DNA from: Balanoglossus misakiensis
Lineage: Eukaryota > Animalia > Hemichordata
Direction: 5' to 3'
DNA length: 64,000 nt
Assembly (NCBI GenBank): GCA_040954595.2
Contig: CM082586.2
Span: 8,339,337-8,403,336 of the forward strand
Shown: piece by piece, positions 54,601-64,000 of the stretch
Layout: every line of letters starts with the position of its first letter
How positions within the stretch are numbered: the first letter of the stretch is position 1
The notes under the pieces: generated by a model
What the model saw: the letters and a program-made list of their open reading frames with translations, nothing else
Database searches by the model: none
Told to the model about the DNA's origin: nothing
Made by a program: the position numbers and the translations under genes

Positions 54601-57600
54601 CGACTAGAGAACTACCACGGCAAAACACTCGTTCAAAGGGCTTTAGGATACCTAACTATATCGCAGAATGGTATATCAGAGACGGAACTGGAAGATCTAC
54701 TTTCGCTAGATGATGACGTATTACAAGATGTATACGCTTACTGGTTGCCACCAACACGAAGGATACCACCTCTATTGTGGACGCGAATTCGAGCTGAAAT
54801 CAATGACTATCTAGTTGAAAGAGAAGCAGATAGTTCTCGTGTCATCTACTGGTATCACCGTCAGTTTATTGAAACGGCCAAGGAGCGATACTTGAAAGAC
54901 ATCAAGTATGTCACCATGCTACATATGCTGATTGCTGAGTATTATATTGGTACTTGGAGTGGAGGACAGAAGAAACCCTTCAAATATTCACAACAGCAAA
55001 TGAAGAAGTTTAATAAGTCGGAGAAAGATGAAGAGGATAGACACGTTGCTCCACAGCCACTGCAATTTGGTGATGGACGTTTCAACATCAGAAAGTTGAC
55101 ACAATTACCTTACCATCTGATTCTGGCTGAAGACAAGCAGAAGCTGAAAGAACATACACTGTGTAACTTCGACTTTCTTATGGCAAAACTGAAAGGGATG
55201 GATCTGGGCGAAGTACTTCAAGATTTCACCGCAGCCATCGAGAAAGACAGCAGCGACAAAGAAATTCGTGATGTCAGTGACGCTATCCGCATTGGAGCTT
55301 CCGCTATCCGTGATTCGGCTGATAATCTGGTTTTCGAGTTGATTGGCAGACTGAAAGATGCCGATGGTCAGTACGTGGCGAGATTGGTGTCCAATGCAGA
55401 AAACGCCCTGGTAGGAACGGTGCCAGTGTTGCCGTACAACCAGTGCTTTCCTGACGCTGGTGGATTGTTGAGGACACAACTGGTTGGCCATTCCGATGAA
55501 GTTGAATGCATAGCAACAACAACAGATGGCAGACTATTGGTGAGTGGTTCAAAGGACAAGACAGCCATGGTCTGGGACTTAGAAAGCAGTACGGTTCTAC
55601 ATACTTTAAAGGGACACCACGATGGACCTATATTTCATCTTGTCATCACTCCAGATAATTTGCTGGTTGTCACATATAGCTACAAGACGACCGAGTATAG
55701 GGATGGTAAGTCTGACAATCAGTTCAATACTTTTTAAACATTTTCCATAATGATTTTATTAGAGAAAACAGTTCATATGAAGCCGTTGAAGAGACATAGT
55801 TACTTACTTTTCATATTATTTTGATAACTGTAGTTTTGTTTGATAGATTATTTATTTTGTTCAGGTGCTCTGCTAACTAAATATGTTCAATGACGATTTT
55901 TTACAACCAATCCCAGACCTTGTATATTCGCATAAGATCCGAATACTACCTAGGAGCACTGTTTGGTATTGACCAAGTATTAAATGATCAAAGTATCCAT
56001 GTGATTCGCCTATATACAGGACTGGTGTGAGTTGAATTGTGTCAGCCAGTGACTGAGCAATTTTTTCAGTGAGACGACTAACATGTGAATAATCTATCAA
56101 AAGAAAATTTAAAAACCAAAATTTGATAACCAAAATAATGGCAAACATTTGTTCTTTAAATTAATGCCGTGTCAGTTCACTGAGCACGTGGTTATGATCA
56201 TTCATTCATTTATTCCTGTAGAGAGTAAACGCAACGGGCAGATCAACGTATGGAACATGGAGACTGGTGAACACTTTCTCAAACTGGAAGGTCATTCTGG
56301 ATTTGGAAGCTGTCCACTGTCTGTAACACCTGATGCCAAATTTGCCGTGAGTGAAATGTATACTCAGGACAAACAAGGGATCAGGATCATCAGAGAGTAT
56401 TTCTTCTGCGTGTGGGACTTGGAGAATGGACAACAACTATATCCTCCGGTCGAAGCTCACAAAGGTAAATACTTTAAGGCTAAGAAAATTAGTGTGAGTA
56501 AGAGCCAATGGCATGGTGCGTGAACAGTGCATAGACAAAAGGGCAGCGAGAGACAGTCTTTGTCTCTTCAAGGGCGAACGGGTCATTTACTACACACATC
56601 AACAGGCAAACCCACTTTCAGCTCCAGAAATCGCAATTAAATCTAAAAGTGATATCTTGCGTTGATTTTTACTTGGGGCAACTGGAACATTATTCAAGAT
56701 GGCTTGGTTAAGAATAACATAACATTTCCAACACATGTCACATGCTTTATATTGTCGTCCATATATATTTCATATATTATTTCATATATATTATGTATTT
56801 TGTTTCTAGCTGAAATATGCGATCTTGTGATCGCCCAATCAAGCGAGGGACGCCATGTTGTAGTGACTACTGGTGGCGAAAAGGATCCATCGATTAAACT
56901 CTGGGACCTACTCACTGGTACGATGCTCACCGAAGTATTGGATTACTCCAAACTGAATCGCCGCGAGTCTCGCAAACTCGCTGTCACCGCAGATGGTCGC
57001 CACGTTGCCTTCCATTGGGAAAAACATGGCATTCTGGATGTCCACACCAACGAGTTTAAGTACTTCAATGGAAGAGATCACAACGGTCCTTATGCCATGC
57101 AATTCCTGAATGACGACAAAGAGTTGATGGTCCTTGATGGTTTTGGATTGGTCTTATATGATATGGCAACCATGGACGTCGTCAAGACGATGAGCTTCGA
57201 CGGGGGTCATGGCGGACAGACAGAGAAGGTCTGCCTCATCAAGACCAGTAAGATGGAGTTGGTTGTCGCGCGCAATCATGACAACGAATATGGTGTTGTC
57301 TGGAAGCCCCCAAAGGCAGGGGATAGGAGTGATTACTGCGGCTTTGTAGAAAGGTTGCCCCACACCAAATATGTGACGGATGTGTGTGTTGTGTCCAACC
57401 AGACGTCGCACCAGATCATCACAGCGTCTAAAGATAAAAGCATAAAAGTGTGGAACGCGGATAGCATCAAAGAAAGAGATGCCAAGAGCGACGATGGGTA
57501 CAACAAGGATGCAAACACGCCTTACTACCTCAAGAAAGATGCTATATATCGCGTGAAACACCGAGTGAAACTGGTCAATGAAGAAAATCGATTAGCCGTG

Positions 57601-58749
57601 GTCGATAATCTTGGCAAGAATCTGAGTCTGTATGATGTCGATCGCGGAAAACTGCTGTGCACGACGAAGTGGGAAGGCAAATACAAGCACCCAATCGGAT
57701 CAGTTGATACTACACCAGATGGCAACAGGTTGTTTGGTATTGGGTCGTTCACCTTGATTGAGTATGACACGGAAACTCTGGCTGTGAAATCAAACAAGGA
57801 ACTCGACTCGAGTTTCTCTGGAATACGCATCTCCAATAATGGTACTTCCAGTCTGCTCATTAAGGGAGATTCATACGCCGATGATCTCTATGGCTACGAT
57901 ATCAACAAGCAGTGGTACCGAGGTCACCATGATCCAGACACAAGGGCAAACAACATCCATTTCCTGCGCGACGGCAATGTTCTCCTCGTGATGACTTCAA
58001 GCCTCGTCATCTTCACCGTGGAGAATTTGGACGTCATATTCCAACAGAGGTTTGAAAGGAGTGGCGAAACCATGATCTGCTCCGCTGTGGCCAAAGACGA
58101 GCGAGTCGTTTACACCGGTTTCGAAGATGGTAATGTCAAACTCTACGACATCGCTAGTGGCAACGAAATAACACGATTTCAAGCCCACCAACCCCAAGGC
58201 AAGAAGAGGTACCACAGTGATGGTTGGGCCGTATCAGATCTCAACCTGGCTTCTCGAGATCAATTCTTTGTGACGTCATCAAGTGACAAGACAGTTAAAC
58301 TATGGGACGCAGCTACTCTCCGTCAAGTATTTGTCTTCGGCGAACATACTGATGTTGTAACCATGGCTAAAATCACAGCGGATGACCAGTTTATCCTCAG
58401 TGTTACCAAGGAAGAATTCACTGTCAATGTGTTCAGTGCTGTTGTCGGGGTACGCTTGGTGAAAATCAATACGTATTCTCCAGTGGAGTCCATCACAATC
58501 ATTCCAAAGAAGAACAGAGTCTTCATCACTACAGCAGATGACAGAGCCATGTTTTTCAGAGTCAACAGAGTGGACGAAAACAGACTAAAAGCAGAGATGG
58601 AGAAGAAAAAACCAAAGAAAATGGCGCCATCAGTTCAAAGGCAAAGGGTGGCGGAACAAGTAGCGGAACAGCCAGCGGAACAGCCAGGACAGATTCAAAC
58701 ACCGAGACAGCATAAAGCTGTGAAGTCCAAATCATGCTGCATTCTGTAG
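48645..58749 (+). CDS. NACHT and WD-repeat protein, copy B (NWD1/NWD2-like; DUF4062-NACHT-WD40-CaaX), 6 exons, ~1724 aa
   Basis: Exons 48645..48747 (MSDVHKQ...VVRIFTSSTFT), 51946..52151 (VDMRWGVRD), 52851..53199, 53372..55705, 56222..56464 and 56810..58749 (ends KSKSCCIL*). Confidence 0.93.
49780..50194. repeat. Long imperfect palindrome / foldback MITE
   Basis: CACAGGGGGCTGCAAAC...GTTTGCAGCCCCCTGTG with inner arms over 100 bp (CCTGCTAACGACTTAATCTGTGTGCCCCATCCACGGATTAAG and its reverse complement). Confidence 0.85.
52349..52700. mobile_element. Kolobok-like palindromic MITE, family A (copy 3)
   Basis: TTAA TSD on both sides and the same TIR as 43830..44176. Confidence 0.85.
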
Positions 58750-59024
58750 ACAGTGAAGGAAAGCATGTTCTCAAACTCCTGGCATGCTGAGAGTGTGGGA
58801 CCAGAGTGTGAGAACAAATCGATCACACCTTCTCACAGAATCGAAAGCTGTATAACGCGAGCGCTGATTGGATGAGAGATCGTTCTTTCATAAACGCTCG
58901 GTAAATGTTATCCAATGGCGCGATGTGTATTACAAGGACAGAAACTACAACGTGCCAGCCGACAGTTCCAGAGTCAGTTATTCAATGTCTCTAATACGAA
59001 CTTGGCTAATTTGTGGCCGTGTGA

Positions 59025-59175
59025 GAAATAAAATCTCACACACCAAGGACCGTGGATCATGTTTCTTACACTCACAGTGCTTACACGAGCCGCAGGCGAG
59101 TGTGAGACAAAAAGTCCCCAACTCGTGTGAGAAATATGATCCCAGGTCCTTGGGAGTGAGAGATTCTATTATTCA
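59025..59175. repeat. Palindromic MITE-like hairpin
   Basis: aatctcacacaccaaggacc.tggatcat and atgatccca.ggtccttgggagtgagagatt arms around GAGCCGCAGGCGAG. Confidence 0.65.
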
Positions 59176-59719
59176 TCTACTGGGTCGTTGGCGAACAAAT
59201 CTTCAAGGCTTTGACATCACCGCCATGTTACAGAAGTTTAATAAGCAACGTTAGGACATCAACAGATTTAAACACACCAAAACGCAAGAAAATATACTAT
59301 AATAATATAAGTTCCCAGGAAGACATATATATATATAGGTGTGCTTTTTGCTGTGGCTTGTTTCAATTTACTGCATCCTAGCAGTTGCCGCAAAGCTTAC
59401 TGTGACCTCAATAGTCATTTTGTGGTCATCGCCAAATTACTGTCCCATTCACTTTGCTCTGTTGAGAGCGAATGCTTTGACTAAAAATTGAACGAATTGT
59501 AGCCGAGCATAGTTTCAATACACGACTGATGTGCCTTATTGATTTTCCGGTTGTAAAACGAGAAAAGTACAAGTTAATACTGTTACGATAATCATTTTGA
59601 CGAAAATGTATTTTTTGCTGTTCCCATGGAAACACAAATAGTATGTCAGAATCTCAACAATTTACTGTAGTAACGAAGTTTATTTTTTATATCAAAAATA
59701 GTTTTAGAGATTATTATTT

Positions 59720-60373
59720 TACATGTAAAATATAGCGTGTCTTTTTTTGTAAAATCTTTAATTCAGCAATTGCAGAGTGTACAGTATATTAGTTACAAAT
59801 ACTTCAAGAAATCTTTGCTGTTTTAATATCCTTGCTTTTTATACTGCAATAGTGCTTACCATAATGATCAGAGGTTCGAACTTGGGTAGTTCTAGATAGT
59901 AACCATAGATTACATGCTTCCAAAATAAGCTGAACTGAGTGTTGTATTAAGGGCTCGAGTAACAGTGGCCCAGAAATGTTTTACACTTTTACAATCAAAA
60001 TGAAAATGCTTACAATCTTCAATTACTTTACATACTTCACACAATTTTTTCGAATTCAAATAAATTCACTTTGTGTGGAAGTTTACAATAAAAATAAATT
60101 GAATTGAGCAATCTTTTTTATTTGTATTTTTTTCACTTTGATTGCCCATATCATACTCCAGTTCGGATAAACACCAATTTTGTTTTCCCACACCTTTGTT
60201 GCATATGATTTCTCTACATACTTATTTACCAGATTCCAATACAAATCTTTACAACAAAAAGTATATACGTCTGTATATTTTACCTGATGATTATATCGCC
60301 AAATTATCAAGGAAATTTTACTAGAATCTTGCTTCCTGGTCATAACATAAGCGATCCCATCAACGCAAACCAA
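59720..60373 (-). mobile_element. Decayed L1/Tx1-type LINE 3' fragment (zf-RVT region)
   Basis: WENKIG..NWSMIW..KKIAQFN followed by CEVCKVIEDCKHFHFDCKSVKHFW. Confidence 0.65.
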
Positions 60374-60393
60374 ATGCTCGATAGCAGTACTTT

Positions 60394-60489
60394 AGGCTGA
60401 AAAATCATAGTTTAACGACTCTGACTCCTAGGCGGTAGGTTTGAAGGAAAAACTACGCTCAGAGTCGTTAAACTATGATTTTTCGGCCT
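60394..60489. repeat. Short palindrome
   Basis: AGGCTGAAAAATCATAGTTTAACGACTCTGA...TCAGAGTCGTTAAACTATGATTTTTCGGCCT. Confidence 0.8.
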
Positions 60490-60970
60490 GAATTACGCAC
60501 ACGCAAATACGCACATTCGCAACTAATACGCAGTTTACGCACATACGCAATTCCGACCACACGCAACTACGCAAATACGCAACTATACTTGCGGAGGAAT
60601 GTGATTGTGTAACATCTCTAACTGATACATAACTCCCTGAAACAAACCTGACATCAAATTAGAACCTTGATCACTTTATATGTCCCTCGGTATAACCGTA
60701 TTTAGTGAAAAACTGGGTTATGGTATCCACAATCACGTCGGTAGAAATTGCTTTCAAGGGAAACTACCTCTGGGAATCTAGTTGACATGTATAGAATAGT
60801 CAAAATATACTGGTTTAATCGAAAGCTGAGGTTTGCCATTAATTTTAAAATGTGACACATTTTACAATAGTTATCAGCCAACCAAACCCCCGATGTCAGA
60901 AAGTTCAAGATATCTGCTTCGTCCCTTTTGGCATCACGTGACTTCCAGTACCTGGAAATTCACCTTTTAA

Positions 60971-61474
60971 AGGCACGTAAGCTGCAACTGGATAAAAAAT
61001 TAAAGTTTTAAATAATCTCATATATGCTTTTAATTATGTCTATTAAATGATATTTCATGATAATATATCAAGCTCAACACTTATTTATGACAAAATGGCC
61101 AAAAATTAAAGAAAAACGAAAATTCCTGCAATTTAAAAAAAAGTGCAATATTGCAATGAAAAATGAAAATCTGATGTCTCAGTGGTGTACATTTACTTCC
61201 ATGAGCTCAAGTGGATGAGATCATGTTTTGTTTATGAAGTTTCATAACCTGAAATGCAACATTTTCATTGTTTCTTGCATTTTCACACGATGGCGGCCAT
61301 AATCGCTTGCGGCAAAGCTTTATTATTTATCTGGTTAAAACTTGCATATTCACTCATATTTAGGGTTTATAATGCTTGTGTATTGTTCACTGACTTCATC
61401 TCCATGGACTAATGGTAGTGCAGTTTGAAACAAAAATTATGAAAAGTATCCCAAAAGTTGCACCTTACGTGCCT
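60971..61474. mobile_element. Kolobok-like MITE
   Basis: TTAA|AGGCACGTAAGCTGCAACT...AGTTGCACCTTACGTGCCT|TTAA. Confidence 0.8.
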
Positions 61475-64000
61475 TTAATATTCCTGCGCCTCCTGCTCGA
61501 ACTGTGGGATTTTACTTAGTAAGTACAGGGGAGGCCGGAAATTTACCACCAGCTATGAGTCAATTCCCTAAAAGGTCGAGGTGCGCACTAATTTACTTAG
61601 TAAAATTCCCATTTTTATGTTGTCCTACCGAGATGACATATACAGATATTCATGGACGACTCGTGTTTAGTTTTGTAACGTTGCTTTTAGTCAATGTACC
61701 GTGTCCTCGTAATCCCCTTGTACATAATGGCCTCCCTTTTAAAAAAATAGACAGGTTGTTACACGATGCATGGTAATAAACTATGAAACACTCTCAGCAC
61801 AGTACATGTAGCCTGCACACTCGACATATTTATCAGTTTGTTTTGTTTTGTTTTGTTTTGCTCAAACAATGACAGAAATACCACATTCTCCTCAAGCACA
61901 ACGAAAACTAATCGTTTTGTACGCATTTTATCGGTATTTTATCGATTATCCCAAAATAGTTCAAATCGTGTTTTGTGTAGATAATAAGTCAAAACACGTA
62001 CGCAAAATTGCAGGGAAGTTGATAAGATGATATCGATCAAGTGGATTTATCAGAAAAGAGTTTTTGCAGTCAGTGCTTTTCATTCACTCTTGGAAAGACG
62101 CGTTGGCAAACGTAAGCTTTTAATACTTGCCCATTGCACAGTGCAGTAATTATTTGGTGGTTGATGATTTTTAAGAGAGATTCACCGTCTGAGCCGGGGT
62201 TTTTATAGATCAGATTTTGCGCTACCCTAGTTTAGTAAGGTAATTGAGAAATTAATTATTAATAAGCAACTTTCATCCTACGTTTTAATTTATTGTCATA
62301 ATGTCACTGTGGCGTTTGCCACGGGCTACAAAACATCTCATTTTCTTGTTCAAGACAGCGTTCATCTCCTTGGAGTTGCGTACTGTGCAAACGTAATCAC
62401 TTTCTGAAGATTGCTTTTAAAACGATGATAAATTCCTCCTTCGCTGGTACTTATCTGTCTTACCAAATTCTAATTTCGGCAGTTGTTGATGTGAACATCA
62501 ATCAATTTTAGCAAAACTGTCGCCATTATACTGTATGTACATGAGCCATTCGATCTGACTCTATCTCACGCACATTTAACGAGCCCATATAGGAATGCAC
62601 GTGGCTCTCTAATAATTGATCAACATAATGGCAGTTTCTGCAGTGACTATTTAATGGACGACACCATTTTTATAATTCCTCGACAATCTTTGTTCGTAAA
62701 TCGAATAGATAAAGTTGCGGTGTAATTATGATTGAACTACCTGTTAACATAGATATGAGTGGATGGTAGTGATTATTCCATGGGTGAATTCTGGCGCGCT
62801 TTCCTTTAAAGCACAGACCGACAACGTTAACCCCTGCAGTCAACGTGACATCATTTTATAAGACGCATTTTAACTTAACGGCCGACTGCAATATATATAA
62901 GCTGCATGAAGCCTGACTAAATTACAGATTGTAATTAGGAAAATAGACTAAATAATTCATCAGACAATCTAGTAAATTGGCTTACGACGCCAGTATCGTT
63001 TATCCAGCATAATAATCCACGCAGTATCTATGAGAGTTCATGTAATTCATCAGGTAAATTGTTCCGCGGGGCACACATATGCCTTTGTGCAAGGAATAAT
63101 GTCATATCGGGGTGTATACATAACAGAATGGATGGATTGTTTTAAAAGGATCAATTTGTATATTCCCTCAAACGCTGTTGCCTGATGATTGTATCGTTAG
63201 ATAAATGAACCTCTGAGAAGCGAGAGAAGGATTTTATCGGAACTACCCCCCACGTCTTTTCCTCTCTACTTTAGTATTGAGCACTATGTATCTGACCAGT
63301 CGCTGGTGCATGTGATCCATGTCTAGCCTACGGCTCATAGAATGAGCTATTCCAGGAAATTGTTGCTTAATTCCCTTTTATGTATGCCATTACGTGACTG
63401 AATAAAAAACTCATTACATTCTTTGTGTAAACCTGACACAAACTCTAAGAAACAAGGGGAGAACTTAGTCACCCTGTAATGCCTCATCTACTTACAAATA
63501 CAATTCGACAATTCTATTCGACAAGTCCTCCTAATTTGGCAAACAATAAAAAAGTAGAAATATTGATATCAAGGGTGTTTGCACATGTATATTGCGTCCC
63601 TTGAAAATTCGACCATTATTCATGGGCCGTTACAATACTTTAAATATTTTAGTGGAAAGTTAGAACATCCTCCATCTCCCAAATACCAGTTAAAGCGTGA
63701 CATATTTAAGAATTCACCTGGAACCGACCATCTGCGCAGTACGGTCCCGCGAGGGAATTTGCTTGTCTATTGTGTATATGATAGTATACGGTTCAATTTT
63801 TACAATCGATTGGTTCAAACTATTTTGCAATATTGCTTGCCGAGGATTGTCCCCTATTAAATTGAAGTCTCATATATTTCTTGTCAACAATTATCAATGT
63901 GGAAGTTTACGGACACAATATCGTACAGACAGTATTTCTATCACATCTATCATTGCGATACACCGGGGATGCATGGAGGCATCTTCAATTCATACAGTGC

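Noticed and set aside
61500-64000. Small ORFs at the window end
   Set aside because: No motifs, no convincing exon structure; AT-rich intergenic or intronic DNA.

Overview
Intron-containing, TE-rich animal DNA. It is probably from a marine invertebrate, but the taxon cannot be determined from this window. Host genes I could assemble exon by exon with consistent splice phases: (1) a 4-exon secreted, granulin-like Cys-rich protein (minus, 383..16142); (2) TMEM9 (plus, 16816..18971); (3) MFF (minus, 42967..45779); (4) two divergently transcribed NWD1/NWD2-like DUF4062-NACHT-WD40 STAND genes flanking MFF (minus 23316..38734; plus 48645..58749). The two NWD copies have near-identical NACHT halves (one intron included), strongly diverged WD40 halves, and both end in a CaaX prenylation box. 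Intron 2 of the Cys-rich gene holds an apparently complete 13.0-kb CACTA/EnSpm transposon. It encodes an intact transposase and a spliced 7-exon second gene with an N-terminal CIDE-N domain, and it carries several nested MITEs. Intron 1 of the minus-strand NWD gene holds a 6.2-kb foldback: two inverted ~2.8-kb copies of the 5' half of a Gypsy-like LTR element, bounded by TG...CA and a GATC duplication inside a LINE remnant. All coordinates and gene models were read by eye, and no database searches were run.
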